35,281 nucleotides of DNA from a virus (lineage: Duplodnaviria; Caudoviricetes). A program made the translations under genes and the position numbers. A model generated the notes under the pieces. That model saw nothing but the letters and a program-made list of their open reading frames with translations, was not told the DNA's origin and searched no databases. This document shows positions 17,983 to 26,936 of the stretch, piece by piece. The stretch's first letter is position 1. Every line of letters begins with the position of its first letter. Location: positions 1 to 35,281 of the IMG/VR virus record IMGVR_UViG_3300032212_000691; one strand, written 5' to 3'.

Positions 17983-18518
17983 TTAATTACCCTTAGCTGC
18001 TCTTTTTGTCTATTATTTTCAGCATCAATCCATTCCACTACCTCATTTGGTAAATCAGGAAAATTATTTTTTAAGTGGTTTCCTTGATCATTCATATATT
18101 GATTTAATGGAGATAGTAGAGCATCGATAGCAACCTTTGCACCTTGTACGGTTATTAACTCACCCTCATTCTCCAAAAACTTCTGTCTATTTATTTTGCC
18201 TATCCAAAAATCTTTTATAATTTGGACCTTTTGCGACGGACTTTGTGCATCTTCTAGAAGCTTTTTAAGTTCGTCTTGTGTTTCTTCATTATCAAGTGAT
18301 TCATTATTTTTAATTTCTCTTGGAATAGTGCTTTTTACTAACAGATTAGTATCTTTTGTTTTTGAGAGTGCAATTGCTTGTATTGCTTTCTCTAAAATTA
18401 ACTTTTTACCATTTGGAGAAAAACATTTATCGAGTATCCCTGATTTGACATGCTTCGATACCATTGCCTGACTAACGCCTAAATGCTTTGCTAATTCACT
18501 TTTGCTAACTTCTGTCAA
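17973..18518 (-). CDS. terS: Terminase small subunit
   Basis: N-terminal HTH (SKSELAKHLGVSQAMVSK), GELI motif, overlaps terL. Confidence 0.8.
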   Translation of the reverse strand: MTEVSKSELAKHLGVSQAMVSKHVKSGILDKCFSPNGKKLILEKAIQAIALSKTKDTNLLVKSTIPREIKNNESLDNEETQDELKKLLEDAQSPSQKVQIIKDFWIGKINRQKFLENEGELITVQGAKVAIDALLSPLNQYMNDQGNHLKNNFPDLPNEVVEWIDAENNRQKEQLRVIKWD

Positions 18519-18537
18519 AATTTGCCTTTCTTCTGAT

Positions 18538-18698
18538 TTACTTAACCACTTTCTTAACCTTGGTTAAGTTTTGCACATAATGTATGTCGAAACAATTACT
18601 TAACCTACTTTCAAAAACTAATAAATAGTGAGTTTACGAGCTTCGCTTTACCCTCATAGGTTAAATTTTTTAAGGAGAACCTAAGTTTTATTTTAACC
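18538..18698 (-). other. Putative cos packaging site
   Basis: Minus strand AGGTTCTCC...GGGTAAAGCGAAGCTCG...CTATTTAT resembles the lambda cosQ/cosN context; repeated TTAACC/GGTTAA motifs upstream of terS. Confidence 0.65.
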
Positions 18699-18699
18699 A

Positions 18700-19362
18700 C
18701 TATCTTGCCTTTATCATCGCATAAGCCATTGCATTATCAAAATTCTTGTCAAATGTGCGTTCGAATACCTTAGATGTAATATCTTCAAACATTAGCATTA
18801 CTTTCTCTTGTACCCCTTGTCGTTTGATTATAAACAATGGAATAGCACTACGATTTAGTATTTTGTTCGTACTTTTTAATTTCTTACCAGTTTTCTTACT
18901 TATCTTATGAGTTCTTCCCGCTTGCTTGCCTTTTACCCTCTGCATGATATATTCATCACCTTTGATTGTTCCTTTGAATGTATTCTTTAAGTTTTTTAAC
19001 TTTTTTTTAATTGCTTTATTCTTCTTTAGTCCGTATGTTTGAGTAAAGTATTTAGTAGGTATCAGCTGTGTTCCAGTTCTAAAGTCTCCCTCTTCAAAGT
19101 CCTCTAACCAGTAGGCATCCGTGTATATCTCTACTTGTGAATTTCTCTTGGTAGCGTTCTTACGTTTAACACCAAACTTAGTATTAGGCTTAAACCAATT
19201 AGAGCCTGTATTAAATGTATTTAATATATGGTTAGAAATACTTACTTGTGTCCCCATAGCTGTATCATTTAGGGCTTTGCTTATAGCGAATGGCAATTGT
19301 TTCTTTTCAAAATCATTTAAGCCTTTAAGTACATCTTTGAAGTTAGATTCAATCTTTATCAT
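18700..19362 (-). CDS. gpZ/HK97-gp10-like protein
   Basis: KQLPFAISKALNDTA motif, very basic, directly before the cos-like site. Confidence 0.6.
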   Translation of the reverse strand: MIKIESNFKDVLKGLNDFEKKQLPFAISKALNDTAMGTQVSISNHILNTFNTGSNWFKPNTKFGVKRKNATKRNSQVEIYTDAYWLEDFEEGDFRTGTQLIPTKYFTQTYGLKKNKAIKKKLKNLKNTFKGTIKGDEYIMQRVKGKQAGRTHKISKKTGKKLKSTNKILNRSAIPLFIIKRQGVQEKVMLMFEDITSKVFERTFDKNFDNAMAYAMIKAR

Positions 19363-19572
19363 CTAAGTATCCTTTCATCTCTAATCTAATTAATAACCAA
19401 ACCCCTAAATTAAGGGGTTCTATCCGCTTTGTATTATTCCCTATAGTAACATTCCATTTAATATTAATAAATATGAGTTTAACCTCGTTATCAACGGCTC
19501 TCATAGCTATTACACATTGCTTACAACTTTGCATTTTTTGCCACCTATTTGCCCCCTTAGCTAAAATCATTT

Positions 19573-20661
19573 TCAAGATACACTTTCATATAGGTTTTCA
19601 ACGTATTCCATGCCACTATCAGAGCTTAGTTTTGCATACTTTTCTGTCTGTTTTATATCTTTATGATTCATTAGTTTTTGTATCTTCTGGATGGAAACAT
19701 CAGCAATAGCTAAATGACTCGCAAACGTATGACGAAGTGTATGAATTACAACACGGTTTGCTGCATCTTTTTTATCTAAACCATTATTGAAGTATTCAAA
19801 TATTTGAGAGAGTTTTCTATAAACTTTAGAGGAACTCATAGGTTTGCCATTCTCATTTATTACGTGTTGATGATTAGCTAAGTTCCTACTATGCTTGACT
19901 ATTAGTTCAAATAGTTTTTTATTTAATTTACTTGTATATTTATTGTCTCTTTTAAAGTCATTTAAAATAATTGTTTGTGTTTCAAAGTTAATATCCATCT
20001 TTCGTATAGCTAAGATACTTGTTTTTCTAGCACCAGTACCAAGTGCCAATCTAACAAATAAATTTAACTGAATATCATCACTAACAAATGCAAGTAGTTG
20101 TTTAATCTCTTCATTAGTTAAATATCTCTGTCTTGAATTATAGTTATGAAATAGTTTTATATTTACGAATGGGTTAAAAGGAATAAGCTTACTATTAACA
20201 CCATAGTTTGATATGCGTCTGATTAGTTTAACAATAATATCAACCGTGCCTTTTTTAAACCCATCAGATATTTTTAGTTCCTGTAATTCATTAACTAAAC
20301 TATCATCAAGCCTAGCAATAGTTAAGTCACCAAAGCTAGGCTGGATATGATTCTTATACATCTGCCTAGATGCTCTATTACTACTATTGTGGGCCTCTCT
20401 ACTATCAAAATAAGCACTAGCAAGAGCATCAAATGTTAAATATCTATAACCTTTTTTACTTAGGTCAACACCATGCCTAGCTTCACTTAGTATCGTATTT
20501 CTGCACTCTATTACATTGCTCTCAGTAATCCCCTCAGACTTCTTTCCAACTCTAGTACGATGTTTTTTATTACCTAATTTATAGCAAGCGTAATAGCTAA
20601 TATCACCGTTTTTCAACCGGTTTAATTGAACCCTACCACCATACCGCTTGCTGTTTTTCAT
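19573..20661 (-). CDS. Tyrosine recombinase (second, internal)
   Basis: TGAR, HTLRH, MNH and KY catalytic residues present. Confidence 0.92.
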   Translation of the reverse strand: MKNSKRYGGRVQLNRLKNGDISYYACYKLGNKKHRTRVGKKSEGITESNVIECRNTILSEARHGVDLSKKGYRYLTFDALASAYFDSREAHNSSNRASRQMYKNHIQPSFGDLTIARLDDSLVNELQELKISDGFKKGTVDIIVKLIRRISNYGVNSKLIPFNPFVNIKLFHNYNSRQRYLTNEEIKQLLAFVSDDIQLNLFVRLALGTGARKTSILAIRKMDINFETQTIILNDFKRDNKYTSKLNKKLFELIVKHSRNLANHQHVINENGKPMSSSKVYRKLSQIFEYFNNGLDKKDAANRVVIHTLRHTFASHLAIADVSIQKIQKLMNHKDIKQTEKYAKLSSDSGMEYVENLYESVS

Positions 20662-21323
20662 CAGCTTACATCTTCCATAAAATCAAATAAACTCCCAGTT
20701 GATTCTGCACTCTTTGCTTTCTCTATTTGGTTTAAAATCATTTCTAAAATATTTACACTCATAGAATTACCTGCTTGTTTGTACATTTGACTATTTGAAA
20801 CAACTTGTTTAAATGTGTCAGGAAAATCTTGCAGACGTAAACACTCTCTTGGAGTTAATTTTCTAATTCTGTATGGTTCTACAACATTTCGCCCTCTAAT
20901 TGCTCCAATTTTAGGCTCAACCACCGCTTGATTACAAGCACAATCTAAAGTCTGCGCTACTTGTTTGCCAACTCGTCCACGTCTTATTTTACTTTCAGGG
21001 AATGTTAGGTTAACAGTTGCTTCTTCATAACCTTTTGTTTCTGAGTTCACTTGTATTTTAGGTTCATGTCCTCCGCCTGAAACTGCTGTAATAGTTCTAC
21101 ATATTCCATCGGTGCTATAAACTCGTCTTAATAAATATTGTTTACCATCTATATCGTTTATATCAACATGGAAATGCTCTTGTGCTATGTCGTAGTTAAT
21201 CTCATAACTTTGTCTTGCGTATTTATCAAACTCACATGCAAATACATTTTTTACATTGTCGTAAACTCTTAATGCCCCTTGCTCTGGTCCGCCAATTCCG
21301 CTAAATAGTGTACCTAAATTCAT
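20661..21323 (-). CDS. C5-cytosine methyltransferase lacking its catalytic core (in-frame deletion)
   Basis: Motifs I (FSGIGG), II, III, IX (RKLTPRECLRLQDFP) and X (YKQAGNSM) present; PC, ENV and QxRxR motifs absent. Confidence 0.85.
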   Translation of the reverse strand: MNLGTLFSGIGGPEQGALRVYDNVKNVFACEFDKYARQSYEINYDIAQEHFHVDINDIDGKQYLLRRVYSTDGICRTITAVSGGGHEPKIQVNSETKGYEEATVNLTFPESKIRRGRVGKQVAQTLDCACNQAVVEPKIGAIRGRNVVEPYRIRKLTPRECLRLQDFPDTFKQVVSNSQMYKQAGNSMSVNILEMILNQIEKAKSAESTGSLFDFMEDVS

Positions 21324-22105
21324 GCAGGCACCCCAATATCAATAAATTTTAAATTACCACTAGAATGAAGTTCATTAAAACGTTCAATCGTTAATTTCAT
21401 CTCTTTACCGTCATCAGTTATAAACGTTTCAGCTTCTTTAGAAAATAAACCTTTTAATACGCCATCTTCTCTTCTGATTTCTAAGCGTTTAGGCATATAC
21501 GAAAGATAAACACCTTCTTTAATGAAGTTTGCAAAATTAAAATATTTACCGTCAATCTCTTTATCAGTTAGATATTTAATTATTGCCTCTAAAAAGATAT
21601 TTGTATCTATTGAATCTTTTATTGTCAAATATTCTTCATATGCTTTATCTCTATCCCCAGCAAATTTATAAAGTTCTCTATATCTGTTGTAAAGTCTTAA
21701 AAAATTTTTATCTAAGAAGACGTTGCTTTTGTTGTTATTTATATTAAGAGCTTTGTTCGGTAAGCGTTCTATATGGCTTGTTTGAATGCCTGATTTTAGG
21801 TCTTTTGAAGCGTTCGTTTCGTTCGGTTGTCGTTCGGCTTGATTTTTTACGTAGCTATAGTGTTGGTTGTTTCGTATTGTCCAATGAGCTAAAAACCTTT
21901 CTATCTCATCATTAAATTCTTTAATGTATCCATGAGCTGTACTCTTAGATACCTCCCAGCTCTTAGCGTAAAACCCAAATGAATTATGCTCGCTTTGTTC
22001 CATGTCATCCCAGTACTCTAAAAAACAACGAGACTTTTTACGTTTGCCTTGATTTTTCAATTCTTGAATATAATCAATAGGATAGATTTTATAGTTTTGT
22101 CTCAT
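21320..22105 (-). CDS. Putative replication initiator
   Basis: N-terminal HTH-like YAKSWEVSKSTAH; internal CGTTCG repeats; adjacent to the helicase. Confidence 0.6.
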   Translation of the reverse strand: MRQNYKIYPIDYIQELKNQGKRKKSRCFLEYWDDMEQSEHNSFGFYAKSWEVSKSTAHGYIKEFNDEIERFLAHWTIRNNQHYSYVKNQAERQPNETNASKDLKSGIQTSHIERLPNKALNINNNKSNVFLDKNFLRLYNRYRELYKFAGDRDKAYEEYLTIKDSIDTNIFLEAIIKYLTDKEIDGKYFNFANFIKEGVYLSYMPKRLEIRREDGVLKGLFSKEAETFITDDGKEMKLTIERFNELHSSGNLKFIDIGVPA

Positions 22106-22108
22106 GAT

Positions 22109-23320
22109 TTACACCACAGACATTAAGTACTGTTCATGAACAACATTAGGTACAAATTCATCAACAAACTGCAAAACTTCTTTGTCTAACCAAATCTCTG
22201 TCTTATAATTTTTGATGTCCTGACGGTTCTTCTCTATCTTTAAAATACGTTTATTACTCTCTTTATCAGGATAATCAATTAATATCTTCATATCACTTTC
22301 GTAGTCTGTTAAAGCAGACCCATAACCACTCATTGTGCCGTTTTTTTGATCTTCTTTACTAAGTTGTGTAATCAAAAATATTATGATGTCTAGCTCTTGC
22401 GTGACTCTTGCTAAGCGTGCGTGCATATCTCCTAATAAATCTGCTTTATTAGTGCCTTTAAATGTTTTATTTGTAAGTTTCATCTCACTGTCTGCAGCAA
22501 CAAACTTAATTCCATGCTTACGATGCATTTCCTTAATTTTACGAACAACATCTACAACATCAGTACCCATCAGTCGAGTATCTGCTATGAAAAAGTTATC
22601 TGTTTTCCAGTCTTGGTTATAGCGGTCAAAACGCTTTGCTATCTTTTTACGAGGCACTTCAAAACTAAAAAACAATGATTTAAAATCAAGTGATACATTT
22701 CTAAGAACTTGTTGCAAGAACATTGTTTTGCCAGCCCCACTTTTACCGCCAATTAAAACCAGTTGAGAGCTTTCAATCCCACCATTTAAAGCATTGTCAA
22801 AAACAGTTATTCCAGTTGTGATTTTTGGTATTGTTGGACTGTTCTTATAATCTTCCATAACTTTAGTCATTGTCAGTGGCTCTTTGATGTTATCTGAAAT
22901 GTCTAATTCAGTTAAAAAGTTTTCAATATTATCAATGACATCTGCTGTTGGTGCATCATCTTCAATTATTTTTGATTTTAGATTTGTAGCTAGATTTAGT
23001 ATATGCCTCTTAATAGATAAATCTCTAAGTTCCTGGATATAATTAGATATATTTGATATTGGATTAGCAGATATTATTTCAATAAAAGCAACTTCATCAT
23101 AACGATTTTTGCTCTTTAATCTACTTATTATAAACGCTTCATCAATTGGCTTTTGCTCTTCATATAGCTCTTTTGCTACATTATATAAATCTTCGTGCGC
23201 TGCTAAGTAGAAATATTCAGACTTTAAATGCAAAAACATATAATCGCTATCTTCGTCTAAGCTCATAAGTGTAGATAATAGAGTCCGCTCCATTGATAGA
23301 TTATAGATCTTGTCAATCAT
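22109..23320 (-). CDS. dnaB: DnaB-like replicative helicase
   Basis: DnaB N-terminal domain; GKSGAGKT Walker A, FSFE, ITQLS, IEKNR. Confidence 0.9.
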   Translation of the reverse strand: MIDKIYNLSMERTLLSTLMSLDEDSDYMFLHLKSEYFYLAAHEDLYNVAKELYEEQKPIDEAFIISRLKSKNRYDEVAFIEIISANPISNISNYIQELRDLSIKRHILNLATNLKSKIIEDDAPTADVIDNIENFLTELDISDNIKEPLTMTKVMEDYKNSPTIPKITTGITVFDNALNGGIESSQLVLIGGKSGAGKTMFLQQVLRNVSLDFKSLFFSFEVPRKKIAKRFDRYNQDWKTDNFFIADTRLMGTDVVDVVRKIKEMHRKHGIKFVAADSEMKLTNKTFKGTNKADLLGDMHARLARVTQELDIIIFLITQLSKEDQKNGTMSGYGSALTDYESDMKILIDYPDKESNKRILKIEKNRQDIKNYKTEIWLDKEVLQFVDEFVPNVVHEQYLMSVV

Positions 23321-23457
23321 AATTTATCACCTATATAGCCACTATTCTTTAAATAGCTCATAATGTTTTGTCTAAAAAGAATCTTCTTGTCTAAAGCAAT
23401 AGGTACTCTCATAAGTATCTTGTTTAATGAAGTTGCAATTTTATGTTTTAATTTCAT
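23317..23457 (-). CDS. 46-aa ORF coupled to the helicase gene
   Basis: AGGAGG-6-ATG; MKLKHKIATSLNKILMRVP...; ATGA overlap with dnaB. Confidence 0.7.
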   Translation of the reverse strand: MKLKHKIATSLNKILMRVPIALDKKILFRQNIMSYLKNSGYIGDKL

Positions 23458-23709
23458 GCAGTGCCTCCTACGGCATAACTCTCTTATAAAGCAGACTCAT
23501 TCTTAAAACCGTAGGAGGCAAAGAATAAGAGTGAGCCTTATAAAAGTTCTTAATAGGCACTTTGGTACAATTAGGGGTTGTACTTAGTGCAACTTTTGTT
23601 TAAGAGGGTAGAGAGCTATCCGCTAAGATTGAACTCTCTATCCACTCTAATATGCCCTTGTGATATAATCTATTCGTCAAAACAAAATCACACACAAGGA
23701 CACATTACA

Positions 23710-23844
23710 ATGGGTAATGCAAAAAATTTTAAAGGTCACGACTTAGACAAATATTTCAATGAATATTTCAAAAAAAATAATCTTAAATATAAAATTCAAG
23801 ATGATATGTATATTTTTACCTACATCACTCCTCCAACCACTTAA
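23710..23844 (+). CDS. 44-aa antisense moron ORF
   Basis: TGATATAAT at 23661-23669, AAGGA SD, MGNAKNFKGHDLDKYF... Confidence 0.55.
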   Translation: MGNAKNFKGHDLDKYFNEYFKKNNLKYKIQDDMYIFTYITPPTT

Positions 23845-24025
23845 CACCACTCTCAATAAAGGCTGGTTTCATATATTTTAAGAGTTCATCCTTTGTCATA
23901 TTAGTCAAATGTTTTTGAGTTTTATTTACAACATCTGCTAATTTCTGACAAAGCACATCACTATCATGTAATGGCTTACCATCTATGTAATAAAAATATT
24001 TGTCAATCTCTATTTTTTCATTCAT
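23825..24025 (-). CDS. Hypothetical protein, 66 aa
   Basis: GAGGGG SD; lies in the Cro operon. Confidence 0.65.
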   Translation of the reverse strand: MNEKIEIDKYFYYIDGKPLHDSDVLCQKLADVVNKTQKHLTNMTKDELLKYMKPAFIESGVKWLEE

Positions 24026-24075
24026 AACCCCTCTTTTTGCTGTAAAAGCTTAATTTGTAGTACTTTATTAATCGA

Positions 24076-24567
24076 CTACTCAACCTGTTCATTATCATTA
24101 CCCAGCATCAATTCAATTTTACGTTGATTAGTCGCAAGAGCTGTTAATAATTTGCTTATTAAATCTTTTTCTTTTCCATCAATAACACCATCTTCACTAG
24201 CTACTTTTGATTCATTAGCAAGCTTACCAGCTAAATAATTGATTTCAAGAACACCCATTAGTAAGGCATTTACTATATCACCACCATCTGCCATTGCTTC
24301 AATTGGATCAAAGACTGTAAGACCACGTTCATTACACATTGCTTTTAGAATTGAGTCGTCATTTGTCAGCTCACATAATTTCAATGTTTCTTCAACAGTG
24401 AAACAATTATCAGGCATTGACGGTTTCAACTTATTGTCAAGCGTTCCTTTTTTAATCCCTAAAGCCGTTGCAACATCTTCACGGTCTTGGTGATTTTTAA
24501 GGCAGAATTCATTAATTATATTCTTCGCCGCTTTTGTTACTTTTGTATTTTTGCCTAAGTACATCAT
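24076..24567 (-). CDS. CII-like regulatory protein (186/CP76 type)
   Basis: VATALGIKKGTLDNKLKP; EDGVIDGKE; directly after cro. Confidence 0.8.
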   Translation of the reverse strand: MMYLGKNTKVTKAAKNIINEFCLKNHQDREDVATALGIKKGTLDNKLKPSMPDNCFTVEETLKLCELTNDDSILKAMCNERGLTVFDPIEAMADGGDIVNALLMGVLEINYLAGKLANESKVASEDGVIDGKEKDLISKLLTALATNQRKIELMLGNDNEQVE

Positions 24568-24791
24568 AAAGCCTTTTGTAATTGTTTTTCAGTTGTAGAA
24601 CTGTTACTATTCAACCATGGCAAATCAATCCAAATATTTGGATCTAATTGATGTTTATTTCTAAGTATTCTTTGCTTTGAAGCACTTGGAAGCATTCTTC
24701 CACTCATAATAGATTTAATTGAATCTGTTTCATAGAGTTTGGATTTTTCCAAAGTACTTTTGACAAATTGTCTATATTTATTGTTGTTCAT
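24564..24791 (-). CDS. Cro-like repressor, probably leaderless
   Basis: Divergent from cI; SIMSGRMLPS; TACACT 6 nt before ATG 24791. Confidence 0.65.
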   Translation of the reverse strand: MNNNKYRQFVKSTLEKSKLYETDSIKSIMSGRMLPSASKQRILRNKHQLDPNIWIDLPWLNSNSSTTEKQLQKAL

Positions 24792-24796
24792 ATTCG

Positions 24797-24877
24797 AAGT
24801 GTATAACACTTACACTTTAAACTTTCTTAAAAAGTGTGAACTACATACACTAATAAACGTGTATAATATATACACAG
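24797..24877. promoter_or_regulatory. OR-like region with three 21-bp operators
   Basis: AAGTGTA-N7-TACACTT (24797), AAGTGTG-N7-TACACTA (24832), ACGTGTA-N7-TACACAG (24857). Confidence 0.85.
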
Positions 24878-24889
24878 AAAAGGAAAATA

Positions 24890-25579
24890 ATGGCACGTAT
24901 TTTTAATGTAGATTTAATGTATGAGAAATTAAAGGCAAAAGGTAAAATGCAAAAAGATGTTCCTGAAATTTTATTACATATGGGTATAAAAACTGGAATA
25001 GATACAGTAAAGTCGTGGTCCAGAGGTGATAACCCAACCAATCCTACACTAGAACGTGTTGTAGCTTTAGCAAAATATTTAGATATTGATTTTACAGAGC
25101 TATTAAACATTGAAAGAAAAACTCAGCATCAAGCAAATAATACTGAAGCAATACCAATTCCTATTATTAGCAATATAAAAGCTGGTGCAGGAGCTGAGGG
25201 AATATTGCCTGACTTTATAGATGAATCAGAAACAATTGCATTTGCTCCAAAATTTCTAAATGGTGCAAATCCTAAAAACTTGCGCATCATCCAAGTTGCA
25301 AGCGATAGTATGTCTCCAACAATAAAACCTGATGAGTGGCTTATATTTGACATGTTGTTTGGCAGAAGTATTGAGTATATTGATGGAATCTATCTAATTA
25401 ATCGTGATGGCTCTATTCAAGTGAAACGCTTAGAGTTTCAAGGAACTAAAGGAATTGACATTATCAGCGATAACCCTACTTATGCAGTTAAAAATACAGT
25501 TAAAGATAGTATTGAGTTAGAAATCATCGGTAAATTGTACAAGCACGTAGTTAGTTATGGTGCTGTGGTTGAGAAATAA
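24890..25579 (+). CDS. cI: CI-like repressor (HTH + S24 peptidase)
   Basis: N-terminal HTH, KAGAG cleavage region, SDSMSP and VKRL catalytic motifs. Confidence 0.92.
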   Translation: MARIFNVDLMYEKLKAKGKMQKDVPEILLHMGIKTGIDTVKSWSRGDNPTNPTLERVVALAKYLDIDFTELLNIERKTQHQANNTEAIPIPIISNIKAGAGAEGILPDFIDESETIAFAPKFLNGANPKNLRIIQVASDSMSPTIKPDEWLIFDMLFGRSIEYIDGIYLINRDGSIQVKRLEFQGTKGIDIISDNPTYAVKNTVKDSIELEIIGKLYKHVVSYGAVVEK

Positions 25580-25596
25580 AAACGGAGGGTATTAAT

Positions 25597-26148
25597 ATAA
25601 ATCATCATCACATATTAAACATTTATGATTTTGATTCTTTCGCATGTGAGCTTGTCAACAAAGATGAGCATCATCCTGATGGACAAAGATTATTATTAAA
25701 GATATTAAAAGATGATAATCAAATAACTATTGATGGTAAAGAAACTGAATGGATTCTAAGCGGACTTGTCGCACATCTTGCATATATAGGATTTGATGAG
25801 GAATTCAAACATGATGGAATTCTTCAGTTAATACATGAAAATTGTATAAGAATACTAAGATTTAGTGCTTTCAATGAAATTACTTTAAAACCTCTATTAG
25901 ACGTTGTCACGCTTTGGCTTTACCTTGGTTTTGAATTTAAAAAGTCAATAGAAAGAAGCACTTTTATAGCTACTTTAATTAACTGGATTGATGAATATGA
26001 TATTGAATATAACATTAATGACATAGAAAATGATACAATGACAGTTACAATTAGTAATTTAAAAGAAGATATTCAAAAATATAAATTTCCTGATTTTCTT
26101 AAAACAAGCAACTACTATATATTAAATCTATACAAAGATGTAGCATGA
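25597..26148 (+). CDS. GNAT-fold-like protein with non-canonical (ATA or ATT) start
   Basis: Frame open from 25573 to 26148 with no ATG/GTG/TTG until 26038; GGAGG at 25584; LAYIGFDEEFKHDGIL...ITLKP...LWLYLGF; ATGA overlap with the next gene. Confidence 0.7.
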   Translation: MNHHHILNIYDFDSFACELVNKDEHHPDGQRLLLKILKDDNQITIDGKETEWILSGLVAHLAYIGFDEEFKHDGILQLIHENCIRILRFSAFNEITLKPLLDVVTLWLYLGFEFKKSIERSTFIATLINWIDEYDIEYNINDIENDTMTVTISNLKEDIQKYKFPDFLKTSNYYILNLYKDVA

Positions 26149-26936
26149 AAAGACTTCTTATATATACAAATAAAAATAAAAAAAGACTTGCTTTTGATGG
26201 TATTATCACAAGAAAGAATGAGTTATTTTTTACTAAATTTTGTTTAATTGATAGCTATAAGGAGATAGTACTGTCTATACTAGATAAGAGTTTTACTATG
26301 GAATTTAAAGACAGAAATTTCACAGTAAATGATATAGAAGATACTTTTGAAAGATTTGATACTGTTGAACAAGAGACTAATTTAATTCACAAAAACATAC
26401 AAACTGTCTCCCCTGACTATATATTAGATATTATTTATCCAGATGGTATAGAAAAGCCTATAAATGTAAATAAAATATGTAATTTTTTTAATGTAAATAT
26501 TGAACAAGACAATCAGTTAGAATATGATGGGTTAGCAATATCTGACGTAAATACTTATACTATTAAATATAGAAAAGGACAGTATGGAGATGTTAAAGAT
26601 AGATTTACCATAGGGCATGAACTAGGTCATATCTTTTTGCATTTTCCATCAAACAAAGCATCTTTCATGGATAAGGGCGATGATTTACGAATGGTCGCTA
26701 GAGGTGCAACATCAAGTAGCTATAAAGATTTTAAGTTAGAAATGGAAGCTGAAAGGTTTGCTGCCGAACTACTAATGCCTAAAAATGAAATTGAAATTTT
26801 TTTATTAGGGGCCAATAGAAGTGTCTATATGTCAGAATTAAGAAGAATGTTTAATGTCTCTAACGGTGCTATTTATAAAGCATTAAATACATACGGTCTT
26901 TTATCGAAAGTTATAGATGATTGCAGGTCATGGTAA
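26145..26936 (+). CDS. ImmA/IrrE-family zinc metallopeptidase
   Basis: RFTIGHELGH and EMEAERFAAELLMP; N-terminal extension of about 90 aa. Confidence 0.92.
   Translation: MKRLLIYTNKNKKRLAFDGIITRKNELFFTKFCLIDSYKEIVLSILDKSFTMEFKDRNFTVNDIEDTFERFDTVEQETNLIHKNIQTVSPDYILDIIYPDGIEKPINVNKICNFFNVNIEQDNQLEYDGLAISDVNTYTIKYRKGQYGDVKDRFTIGHELGHIFLHFPSNKASFMDKGDDLRMVARGATSSSYKDFKLEMEAERFAAELLMPKNEIEIFLLGANRSVYMSELRRMFNVSNGAIYKALNTYGLLSKVIDDCRSW

Noticed and set aside
13095-19500. Exact 13-mer TTATCAACGGCTC at 13095 and 19488 as recombinase sites
   Set aside because: The match is short, does not extend into the flanks and shows no dyad symmetry; chance cannot be excluded
19349-19576. 75-aa ORF between the recombinase and gpZ-like genes
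   Set aside because: It has no recognisable motif and contains a terminator-like hairpin near 19400-19420; it may be regulatory, so it was left uncalled
2902-22622. Plus-strand ORFs nested in the tape measure, capsid, portal, terminase and helicase genes (e.g. 2902, 4612, 10077, 17297, 22383)
   Set aside because: They are antisense shadows of well-supported genes, with no recognisable motifs
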